This document shows, piece by piece, positions 35,020-47,100 of a stretch of 64,000 bases of DNA. The DNA lies in the NCBI GenBank assembly GCA_043228905.1, contig JBHGNT010000002.1, positions 868,001-932,000 on the forward strand, written 5' to 3'. This DNA comes from Azolla caroliniana (lineage: Eukaryota; Plantae; Polypodiophyta). The position numbers and the translations under genes are program-made. Numbering within the stretch: the first letter of the stretch is position 1; each line of letters begins with the position of its first letter. The notes beneath the pieces were generated by a model that searched no databases, was not told the origin of the DNA, and saw only the letters and a list, made by a program, of their open reading frames with translations.

Positions 35020-37875
35020 TCATTGTTGGGACGGCACGGGACGGCCCTTGGGGTCAGCACCATTGGGACGAGAAGGGACAACACTTGAAGCGACCGAGGC
35101 GAGGCCACGCGAAGAAGGGATGGAGCCGTCCCCTTGGGTGAGCATGAGGTACTTATCGCGGCGCGTGAACGAGGTACACTCAAACCCGAGTGTGGCCGCT
35201 AGGAGCTTCTGTATGTGGTTCGCCACTTCGAATGCAGACCTCCCACCAGAGTGCGTAAATTCGGGTGGCAGTTGATCCAGGAATGTCACCTCATAGCAAG
35301 GGCGTGGATTCATGAGAAAGAAGAAGACATCCAATGCTTTGTACCCCCTCACTGTATTCCCATAAAACATCCCCATCTTTGGCAGCACTGCCACTGGCAC
35401 TATCTGGTCTGTCAATTCAGCAAACAATGCACTGAACCTTAGCAAGACACTCTCTCTACATGTTGTGCCTTCTGGACATATCACCAGGTTCCCTTTCTCT
35501 AATAGCTTCTCTATGTTTTCCGCATCTTTCGCTCTGTTCCTCGTCAGCCGAACTGTCGGGATAGGCGACAATATCTCGGTTAATCTGCTCACTGAATATG
35601 TCACTGCCGACACTTGCTTCCCTAATGCTACTGATAAGAACACTGGGTCAAGACATGTTCTATGAGTACACACAAACAAGACCCCTTTCTTCTCGTCGCC
35701 CCCCCTTGGGATGGGTCCTCTCACAACAAGTTTGATGCCTAAGATCTTGTACATGAGTGGGACTAGCTTCAGGGGTACATTCACACATATCAAGACGCGG
35801 ATGACCGAGAGGATGAAACCGATCGGGATCCAAATGAGCGTGAGTAGAGCGACTAGAGGTGTGGGTCGACATACAAGGCGTCCATCGTGAAACACGACCG
35901 GTTTGAAGAGCTTATGCATAGGAACAGCCTCCGTGGGCTTGTCGTTGCTTTTTGTTAGTACCACATATGCTTCCTGCGGTAAATAAATCAACACCAAAGC
36001 GTTATTAGAATTTTAACGAGGAAAACAACTAAAATCTCTTGTTGCGTGTACTTTGAATAAACAATGCACTTAAATTGTCGACGTAAGTATCATAAATGAA
36101 GAGTAAAGAGCCTTATTGAGACTACACTAAACTACATCATTGAAGACATAATAATTTAAGTGGTGTTTGTTTATCTAGTACGCAAAATGGACGCATCATA
36201 AAATTCGACGCAATTACGAGAAAGAGAATTTGTCATTTGGCATCAGAGTAGTTGAGAGATGGGGGAACACCAAGTGATGGTCATAAAAATTGCGACCAAA
36301 AGCATATGTAGGCACCACAATCTTTTAAGTATGTAGATAGTCACTTTCCTTTCTATGTCTCGACAACGACGATGCCCGAACAAAAAGAGAGAGTTAAATG
36401 ATCATGTGAATTGGTCACCATATGGATACCTATCAATTACAGATGAAACATTTTTTTTGTACACATTCAAGAGACCATGGGGACGTGGGGCCTTTGTTGG
36501 CATTTAGCACCAACTGCCATGAAAGTAGTTAAAACAAAGCATTTAATGCGCCCCATCATGACAGCAAAGAACAGAATGTTTTTGGTGTTGTATTTTGAGG
36601 TGCTGAAAAATAAATTGAAATTAATGTATGTCTTATCTTTTCTTCACTCATTCAGCAATAACAGCCATAGAAGTAGGTAAAACAGAGCATTTAATGCCCC
36701 CCACCGTGACGGCCAAGAACAGAATATTTTAGTTTTCTATTGTCAAAATCAATATGTATCTCTTATCTGTTCTCTACTCAACTATATTCATCATCCACGT
36801 TAATGAACATGAATGAGTATTACTGCTTAGATCATGGCCTCATTTCTAAGATCATTTATCTCTGAGCAACTGTTCGCCGATACCAGGATAACAAGGAACA
36901 CAAATACTGCACAAATCATACATATATTGCCCAAATGTGGCCCCAAAATCATACATAATGTTGCACAGAATCATGCATAATGTTGCTTAAATCACACATA
37001 ATATCAGCACGAAATCATATGTAATCTTACACAAAGGCACGCATAAACCCTGGAATCAAAATCATACAGAACTCTGCAACCAAATTCATACATAGCTCTA
37101 CAACACCATTTATAAATAACCTAGCAACCAAAATCATACATAGCATTGGACACAAAAGTCATGCATAACCTTGCAAACAAAATCATACATGACAGTGCAC
37201 AAAATCATCCACCTAATGAACAAAATCATTGTGTTTTTAATGTACCTTGCAAAGCTCAAGGAATGGACGATCGGTTGCTTGATGGCCGAGGCCAACATCG
37301 GGTCTCTCATCTCCAAACTCCTTTTTAATGGCATTGAGCTTCCGCGCACCAACAAGAACACCCGAGGAGAGAAGAAATCCAGTTGCCCTTCCTCCTTTAG
37401 TGACTTGAAGCTCACTTCCCAACACTTTATCAGCACCAAGGTGGTTCTTACAAAAGAACTCAACCATAACCCTCGGGTTCGAGGTTACGACACATCGATA
37501 CCTTTGGCATGAAGAGAATATCCTCCAAGATTCTGGATGAATCTCCTCCGCGTAGAATTTTGGTAGCACAGCTCTTGCCACTCCTTCTATGTCTTTGAGC
37601 TTCAATCCCGCGAAAGTAATGAAGATGAACAAATTGATCCCTGATTCTTCAGAGATGAAAGTGTGGAGCAGCCATGCTAATGGTGAGAGGGCCATGAGTA
37701 GAATTGCTCTCAGCAGGCTTCCTCCTTCTAATGCCATGAGCATATAGTAAGGGAAAGGGGTTCCTCCAATGGTCAGAGTACCATCAAGATCAGCTACAAT
37801 GGTGTGTTTTTCTCTGGTTCTTGAGGAGCACTTCTCTACGCATGGGAAACCCATCATGGCACGCTTAGTTTCCAT
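35020..37875 (-). CDS. GPAT: sn-2 glycerol-3-phosphate acyltransferase, GPAT4/6/8-type (HAD-like + acyltransferase), 2 exons, 527 aa
   Basis: Exon 1 is 37875-37246 ([33 protein letters not shown]). The GT-AG intron is 37245-35974. Exon 2 is 35973-35020 ([47 protein letters not shown]). Confidence 0.95.
36897..37230. repeat. Degenerate ~21-bp minisatellite in the GPAT intron
   Basis: Repeated variants of CACAAAATCATACATAATGTTG next to the donor site. Confidence 0.75.
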
Positions 37876-38899
37876 GGGAACTTGGGAAGAGGGATCAGGA
37901 TAATAGTATCTCTTAAGTTGCTGCTCGTCCACAAACTGCTTATATATCAATCAATAAATGTCCTTTCTTTCTTTCTTTCAAGGCCTCAAGAAGATGGCAA
38001 TGGGTAGGAGAAGAAGAGTAGGTGATAAATTAAGAGGATGAGGTAGAGATTGGACTGTATTTATGTTCTTTCTTCTTCTTCTTCTTCTTCTATACAACCC
38101 AAGGTCCAAGAGAGAGAGAGAGAGAGTTACTCTGTTTCTTTCCTTCTCTCCTTTTTCTCTTTCTTTCCTTTTCTCTTGAACATGATTGAAGCAGATATGC
38201 ATGTTCATCTATCTATCTACATTGCCTAGGTGGTGGTGCTCTCTCTTCTTTTCTTTTTCTTTCTTTCTTTCTTTCTTTTTTGTTTTTGAGGTCCCTAACC
38301 TTCTTGACTCCAAAATTCTTAACCTTAACACCTCTGCAAACCCCGCCAACCAAAACTCTACTATACTATACTATATAGAACATACATACATACATGATAC
38401 ATACATACTCCTTTCTTTGCTTGTAGTTAGTTGCTACCTTCTTCTAATGGGCTGGCGATCTGTCTTAAAGAGCTAAACGACCCACCTCCCTCTCATTATT
38501 ATTATCTCTCTCTCTCTCTCTCTCTCTCTCTGTACTTTGCTAGCTCAGACTTGTTTTCTTCTCCCATTACCACCTATCCATTCCAATCAATCAATCAATC
38601 AATCTCTTCTACTCCGCCTTTTCCTTTTTCTTAAAGTCATGACTCATGAATTATGAATCATGACATGCCCCCCCTCTCTCTCTCTCTAAAGGTAGGGTAG
38701 TGTCAATGTAATCAAACAACATACATACATAAACATACATACATACATAGACACACACACACACTTTCGATGAATGGGTAAATACCCCATTTTTTTGTTG
38801 TAAACCATTTGCCTCATGGGTCATTTTTGGTCTTAGAAGACATTAATATATCTTTCTTTCTCTCATAAATTATGGGCTTCCTTACGAAAGAAAAAAATA

Positions 38900-40200
38900 T
38901 CACCATGGTTAACTACAAATTATAGAACCCTTCTACGGAGCTAAATACTACAACAACTGCAAACTCGATGCCACCCCTCACACCCATTCAAACGGCGAAT
39001 ATCATGATATGTGACGTTCTAGAGTTTTCTCTCTTCATGGTTTGAGATTTCGTTCGTGACTTCTCTAGCATTGTCAATTGCCACAAAAGAAATCCTTTTA
39101 ACTTTACAAAATATTTTCTCACCCCAACTTGTGAATCAAAAGTAATGGCATTTCCACATATTCCAATTGAACCATACCCTCTGATACCTCAAGAACTCAA
39201 AAATAATTTGGAAATGAGACATCGGTTCATTGTTCTCCATATGTACAAAAACCCAACTAAAGGAAGGTTGGCTTACCCCAGTTAGAGACATCCACACTAA
39301 ATTTATACACCTCCAAACCATCCTAGGCATCGATTCCATCGGGCATGAAAGAAATTGATGCCTACTATGTTCCAATTATAATGAAGAAAAGAAACACATT
39401 CCTCTTGCAATGTTTCTTTTTTTTAATCTTTTTTTTTTGTAAAAGCACACAATTATATTAAGTGTATCTAAAATCCACTCAGTTACAACACTTCTTAGTC
39501 TCCTCTACTTATCATATGCCTATGTAGGGAGAGGGACGTCCTATAATGCCATTAAAAAACCTAAATATACATTCGAGAAAATGATCCCCACATGCTCTAA
39601 CATCCAAAATTTCCAGATGAGAATATCTTTCAGCTTCTTTATATAGTGTTTCACCCCATCTCTATTATCAAACATGAAAGCATTACGCATATATCCAATT
39701 GTGTTGTAATCCTCAATAACATAAAAAATGGAACAATATCTCCATCTTATCATTTGAACCATTTTGAACATTTAGAGGAAAAACCCATTGGGGAGGTCTC
39801 AAATAACAAAGGGTTAAAACTGTTTGATAAGTACTTCCAGTTTTTTTATTTTTTAATCTCTCTCTCTCTCTACTGTCATCCATAACTGGTTTGACCCAAT
39901 CCTTTGGAAAGGATAAACTCTCTCGCGTACCTTTGAGATCCATTGCCCACATCAACAAATCGTATAGCACCGTAAACCCTCTTTGTCTGCTTTAACATCA
40001 AGTGTCATACAAGTAGCTCTCCTTCTTGCCTGTTATGGTAGTTCATGGGGGCGAACAATATAACTCGTTTCTCATACTCTAACCGTATCATTGACCCGAG
40101 ATACTTGTGGTAGACAAGCAAAACGTTATATGATTGTGAAAGAAATAACTGTCTCACCCCTAAACAAAAATCCACTCAAAGGATGACAACATTTTCTCAA
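38900..40200 (-). mobile_element. Two decayed L1-like 3' fragments
   Basis: ORF 39136..39375 (EHSRHQFLSCP..VWRCI..WFNWNM) and ORF 39541..39771 (YMRNAFMFDN). The T-run at 39417-39438 is a minus-strand A-tail. Boundaries are approximate. Confidence 0.55.
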
Positions 40201-42499
40201 TTGACGAGTTCCGAAAGTTGCAACGTGTAACAAAACAAATGACTTAACAAACTAAACATCTAAAGAATATTTATTTGGCATCCTCCTCAATTCCTATGGG
40301 CAGTGAACTTGATTTTGTCATGAACACAGATACAAAATAGCATATGTATATATATAATACCCACATTCATAAGGATAAATCAATGAGAATTAAACCCACT
40401 ACCTTTATCATATACATCAAAGCTTTAACCAATTAGTTATCACTTTACATAATTTATTTTACTAATATAATGTTTCATACATAAAATTATGAGATATTAG
40501 TAGTGGCACCTCGCATACATTACTGCGTGGTCATAAAATGGCATGCATGGCTCCAACAATTATATATTAGAAAGTGTTATAATCATTGATGAACCATTTG
40601 GATTCAATGCCAAACTTCAACAAACTATTTTAATATTGTTCTTCTTATTGATATAATTACATTCTTATTTTCTCTCTCTCTCTCTTTTCGTAAAAGAGAT
40701 ATTACATTAGTATTAAGGTTGTACATGAAACATGTATGTACATATAGCCTATAGGTAATGATCCTTGTTCTAAGTTCTAACTGTTGCCTCAAAAAAATAC
40801 CTCGGTGTAGAATAGAACCACTCCACCTTGTCAAAATTTTGTCTATAGAATACTCCTCTCTCTCATTTGGCACGAAACACCAATCATTGTAACTCTTTTT
40901 GTTGCATATTACCTTTTATGTTATCCAAAGAACTTCTGAGATTATATATAATCTTTGTTCAATCCCCATAGTTTATTTGGACATGTCTTTTGGTCACATG
41001 TTGAAATACATTCAAACAGTTAGCCTTCCAAATATACCAAATTGGGATACATACTACTCACCAATTGCCATATTTCGAGTTTATCAGTCTCTATCTTGTT
41101 CTTTTTTATACATATTAAAGTGTTAACGAATAGTTTATTGCTTTACATGTTTTATTATACATATCAAAGCTTTAACCAATAGGTTATGACTTTACGTATA
41201 TTATTTATTATAAAGTTTCATACATCATTTTGACTGTATATATAATATTGCAATATGTCACCACCAAATGGCATGCTTGCATGAATGTCAAGACGTGATC
41301 ATGCATAAATGCAAGGTGATGTTGCATATGAATTCCCATGTGATATCTTACCAACAAGACAAGAAATTGAGGCTTAATTTCATCAACAATATCCCAATCC
41401 TGTATCATGCATTAAGACTAATCGCCAAAAGAAAAGGATATTATCCAAAACATAATGAAAAATGGCATAAACTACGACGTGATTGCTAAAGGACATGCTT
41501 GCATGAATGCCAAGTGGCGATCATGCATGGGACCAAGCATGTTATATAAAATAGTGCTTTAGTCGTTGATAAACCGTTCTCGACGATAATCTTTTAGTCT
41601 AGTTCTTCTTGTTAATATAATTACATTTTTCTCTTGCCTCTCTCTTATTTTGTTATTCTCTTTTATCATTATATATTATTCTTACCTTTGTCCCTAACCA
41701 ATTTGAAATAAATTTGATATGACTTGAATTGTTTTATAAGTGCCTGAATGAGAAAATGGTTGTTTGGTGGATTAGTGATTTGATTTGAACTCGGACCAAC
41801 TTAATGTTTTGCAGTTTATTCACTTTGAAATCATGGCTTGAACAACTTTATTGGGTTATATGATCATTTGGAAATATAAATTATGATAGAAATCACAAAC
41901 CCTATATCGAAGTACCTCATCAATACTCAAAAGCAATACACTTTTAGCATCCTCCTTGCTAATTGTTGGCAACAACCAATAGTTTGATTTGAAATAAAAC
42001 CATGCTTTAATGGCTTTGATGACTTGCACGATTCAATTCAAATTCCCACAATGGGGAAATGGTTTGGTTTGGCTTGGGAGGATTAGTTATTCGATTTGAA
42101 TTTGTACAAATTCAATGGATTGTTGTTTATCAACTTTGAGATGGTGACTTAAACAACTTAATTGGCTTATATGAATGACATTGACATAACTTTACTTCTA
42201 AATGAGAAGGCTAATTTATCATAAATAAATAAATGAGGAAGTATATTTATCCTAAGATTTGAGGCAACCTTGCATGGTCAACAACATGTAGGAACCTACG
42301 TGGCGGTGAAGGGGCCTTTGGCTCAAGATATAAATATGGGACTAGATAGGTATCAAATGTCATTGAAGTTTAGGGATTGTCTCAAGTTCTTTACTTGGGG
42401 GAAGTTGGAGGAACAACGTTCTCACTTGTTTTTATTTTCCAATAATATCTTTAGTTTGATATGATCGTAACAATGAATATTTTAGAAGTATAGATTAAG

Positions 42500-43140
42500 A
42501 TAAAAACCACATTGCAATTCTTGTTTTCCCATGGTATTATACTAACCTTTTATACAAAATAACATATTATCTTTGTCCAAGGTTGAGTTCATTTTAACAT
42601 ACCTTTTAAGAGCTATGAACTACAATATGATCATCCAATTTTAGTAGGATTGCTTCCACACTTTGGGGACATATATGACTCTTGAAACATAATTGATGCC
42701 AAATCTTGACACTTTTTTCCACAATGTATACTTTTTGTGAGCAGATGTATAGATCAAGTGATATATTTGTCCATGATAACAACGACAATAAATAATAAAT
42801 CATAGGAATATTATCTGCACCACTTTGAGTCCCCCCCCCCCCCCCCCCCTAAAAAGATACACCTTGGTATCATGAAATCACAAGAAATACAAAAGTTGTG
42901 TTGGATAAACAAATATACCAACCAATTCCCATGTACTCTCATCATAGCCGATTTGATGTGTATATACAATAACCACACAGTTTTTTGTACAATACGATTC
43001 TCCAAGCCTTGAGCTTGGGTTGATGACCAATAAGGGCATGACCAAGCAACAAGGGCTTCATGTGCTTGTCCTTGTTGAGCATAACCAACAATAAGGGTTG
43101 ACCAAGCAAACACATATTGAAGATGAAGGTATTCCAATAC
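42500..43140 (-). pseudogene. Decayed PPR (PLS-E/DYW-type) gene fragment
   Basis: VFAWSTLIVGYAQQGQAHEAL (PPR motif, ~43110-43050); HICPQSVEAILLKL (E+-like); HGKTRIAMWF (~42530, HSEKLAIAF-like). There are large deletions and frameshifts. Confidence 0.55.
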
Positions 43141-44008
43141 TTTTCTTACTTTCTCAAGCTTTTATGCTCCATTGCATGCAATACATCCCATTGATTATTG
43201 GAAATAGTTATTCACATATCATACATCTTTGAGCGAAGAACAACTCCCATTACATTCCATGTACTATCTTAATAACTCGTGAGTCATTTAGTGAGGCCTA
43301 TTGTTGGCTTGAGCACATTCCCGCTTGTACAAGTTTGTTTGGTATTTCACGAAAATAATCACCACTTAGTTGGAAAACTCAGGGGTCTTCGAAAAATCAT
43401 TGATCGTTTCTTTATTTCACCACATGCCATTGGTAAACCCGCCAACCGAATAATATAAATGGTGCTATTTGAGCAAATACGGGGTTCTCTAACATTCATT
43501 CTTTCCTCGATCGCCCTTGGTAAAACACCTGTAAAAGGTGTTGATCGAGCAATTCCATAGTCGATTAAGATGAGATCGTATGACATTCTCGACCACCAAC
43601 GATTGAGATCACATGCATATAGATGCATTCGGGGGCAAATTCTTGGGTCATTTGAGCTTGGGTTGAGTTATTGTTTGGCAGGTTCAAGCATGTTCACATG
43701 CATTTGTACATAACTAGGTATTGTCAAAAGCATTCTTGGATGTGGATGTCCGGAAGTTGCGTTGGGTAGGAGGGGCATTTGGGGAATTAGCTAAAATAGA
43801 GGGGTATTTTGTTAGGGAAATAAAGAAAAATGAAAGGACCGTTTCTCCATCCAAGCCTCAATCAAGGCTTTCAAGGCTTTAGTTATTTATTTATTTGCCC
43901 TCCTTCCTTACACTCACTCACTCACTCACTCTCTCTCCCTCAGGGCTTGGGGGAGGTTTTCTTCTTTCTCTCTCCAACAAACAACAGAGACAGCCGAGAA
44001 ATCGAGCG

Positions 44009-44161
44009 ATGGCGAGCGTTGCTCGAGCCATCGAGCAAGCCGCTTCCTGCACAGTAGATGAGACCCTGTGGTGGGATTCTCACGAATCTCTCTTCCATTT
44101 CCTTGACGATTACGTCTCAGGGTTCAGAAAGCTTCCTTCAGACGCAGTGGTAAGCTCCATA

Positions 44162-44195
<34 letters not shown>

Positions 44196-47100
44196 GAGTC
44201 TCGGGTTGTTTTTCGTTTTTCTAAAAAAATGGTATTATTTTGGAACATTACTGTGTTTCCTGTAGAGTATGAAGGATCGCAAAACTAGTTTAGCTTACTC
44301 TTCCCTTTCCCCTCTCTCTATCCCAATTGTTATTCTTCTGAACCTGTATTTTTTGTGAATTACGAAGACTAAAAGGAATGTATCTTCTGCGAAGCATGAT
44401 CGATGTTGAAGGGAATGAAAAATTAAAGAATCAATGTACTCTATTTGAAGAATAAACGGCCATAAATCATAAAAGAATGTATAGTTTGGGAAGTTTGGAG
44501 AATTGTGAAGCTTGTTGGTTCAATTGACTACGCATGTATGCACCTTATGTGGCCTATAAATTGATTGAGCATACAGGTTTTATATCTCCATTATATGCAC
44601 AAATGTTTGCAAACATGTCATTATATAAAAAACGAGCATAATTAAGGCATTATATTCACTCTATGTTCAAAAAACTGATAAACGCCATTTCTAAAACTCT
44701 GATTTGATAGTTATAGTTTTGTTTGTCTGTGGTACCATTTCCTACCATAATGACAAACTTGTTGAATTTAATAAGCCCATTGCACACACACACACAGTCC
44801 ATATATTTTCGTTTATGTGGCCTCCTAGTAACCATGATTGTCTTTTGAATGTGTTGCACATATTCTTCGGGTTCGATCCCTCAGATTAGGACTCTAGTAT
44901 TAATGTGGAGCATAATAGCCTATATTTTTGTTCATGTAGTCCACTTAATTATGATCATCTTTTTATTGTGTTGCACATTTGTTGGGTTTGTACCCTCAGA
45001 AAACAATCTAACATTAAAGGGAAGCTTGATAATAGCCTATTTTGAACTCATGCCCTAGCTATTAACATTTTGGATAGTTTGATTGTGTAAAATGCCCATC
45101 GAAGTCATATACAATTTTGATTTTCCAAAGGATTTTCTTTGATTTAGTGTTATGTGTTCATGACTCTAGAGTGATCCAGAGAAGTCTAATTGTATCATAA
45201 GATTCTGATTGCCAGATTGAAGACCTAGGAAGTGTTCTACTTCATCATCCATTTCCCCATTTTGAGTCCAATGCAATGGCAGTGTCCTAGCCAATTTGGT
45301 AACAATTTAGCTGGAATTGTGTATGTCATTAATAGTATATAACATGGCCTAAAGTGCCCGATGATGCAAAAACTTCTGATTGAATATTTCATTGAAGTCA
45401 ACACCAAGGCCTGAAAATTCAAGAGTAAATGGTCAATCATTACATTAACACAGATGCATAATAGTTCTTCTTATTACTTGAAGAATAGGCGGTGTCTTAT
45501 TTTGTGTTCACGCCGCTATGTATAATCACCAATGAAATGGATGGCAATATTATTTACTCTTAACATACTCTTTTTTAAGAAAAGCTGTGAGTTAAACAAG
45601 TTTATGTTTATTATTTTTAAACAAGACAGCTACGTGAATTGCAAACAAATCAAGCTTGGCTATTAGGGACATTACTACAATTTAAAGCACCAAATGCAAA
45701 GTCAAGCGCTTCTTTGGATGTTGCTAGGGTGGTTTTGGGTAGTCGTACCTTAGAGATTAATGCTGAAATCCGAAATCTTGCTCGAGTGATCAGCAAAAAG
45801 CTGGTGAGTTCTTGATCAATGATTCAATTTAATGTAACTGATTGTTCCTTTCTCTCACATGTTTTTTGCCTAACAAAGACTTTCTCAGACATTATGATGA
45901 TAATGGAATATCTCCTTGTTTGAGTGTATACCTTGACCTGAAAGGGAGTGAACTTGCTATTTGCCCAGTGGAGGCATTGCACTCATATCTATATTTTTAT
46001 GAGGTAGATTCTATTATTAAGACTGCATTCCCTGGAATTTATTAATTAGAAATAAAGCATGCTGTCCAAGGTGGAGAAATCTTAAATGATACAATCTAAG
46101 AACTGGGAATAAGATCTAAGAAATAAAGCATGTTATTCATGATGTAGAGATCTTGAACGATACAATATGAAAATTGGGAATAAAATTTAATAACACAAAC
46201 AAACCAATCTTAGAAGCTCAAGAAATCTTGAACAAAACCAGTCCAAGAACAGTTTGGCACTCTAGCATGGTCAATATCACTAATTTCAGGAAGGCTTATG
46301 TTGGTCCAGTTTTTGTTTACTTCAAAAGCAGTATGTTCTCATATGATTTCTACATGCGCTGGTATCTTCGGGCCATTCATGCAGACATCTAGCACTGTTA
46401 TGATTCAGGAAAATGTTGGTGGCACATTCCCTCTTACAAGATCAGTTTGACAGCTTCACACAGGAGTGTTTGTATCATATTTTAAAGCATGTTTTTTGTA
46501 CTCTTTCTTTAATAGGTTTTACCAATGATTACTCTTTAGTAATTTGTTGCTACATTGTATTTGAACATGGAAAACTAATAAGAATTCATAGTCAATTTAA
46601 ATATTTTGCATTTTTTTGAATTTCTCTTTGGTGATAATTGTGTGAATGTCTTGTTCTCAGGTGTTGGATGAAGTTCAGACGTATATCTTAATGTGCAGAT
46701 GTCTTGGTGATGCCCAAAAACTTACTGATTCAGATTTAGTGCAAAAGGTGATGATATCTCTCTTGGAAATTGGAACTTTTGAAAACTTGATAGCAAGGTT
46801 TAGGGATCGATTGTGTTTTCTTTATAAAGTATTATGAGGGGAAACTGTTCTGTCAGGATGTTTCAGACTAGTAGACTATATAATCTCATGTTTCTATTTG
46901 GCGACTAAGTGATTATTTTTTTAAAATAATACTTATATTACTGGTGGGAAACTTCAATGTGAGGTGGAAATGAAATATACAAAGTGTCGAGTGGACACTA
47001 AAGTGTGTAGAAGCTCTCAAAGTAAAGGATGTATGTTTGGAGTGCATTGTCTCTAAGTTGTAGACAATTGATAGATAGATATATTTTTACCGTCCACAGG

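Noticed and set aside
34081-37230. CRISPR-like appearance of the regular repeats
   Set aside because: The units are contiguous and degenerate with no unique spacers and no cas genes, in a eukaryotic context.
37876-37950. 25-aa N-terminal extension of GPAT in the ORF track
   Set aside because: It starts at TTG. The first in-frame ATG is 37875 and homology begins after it.
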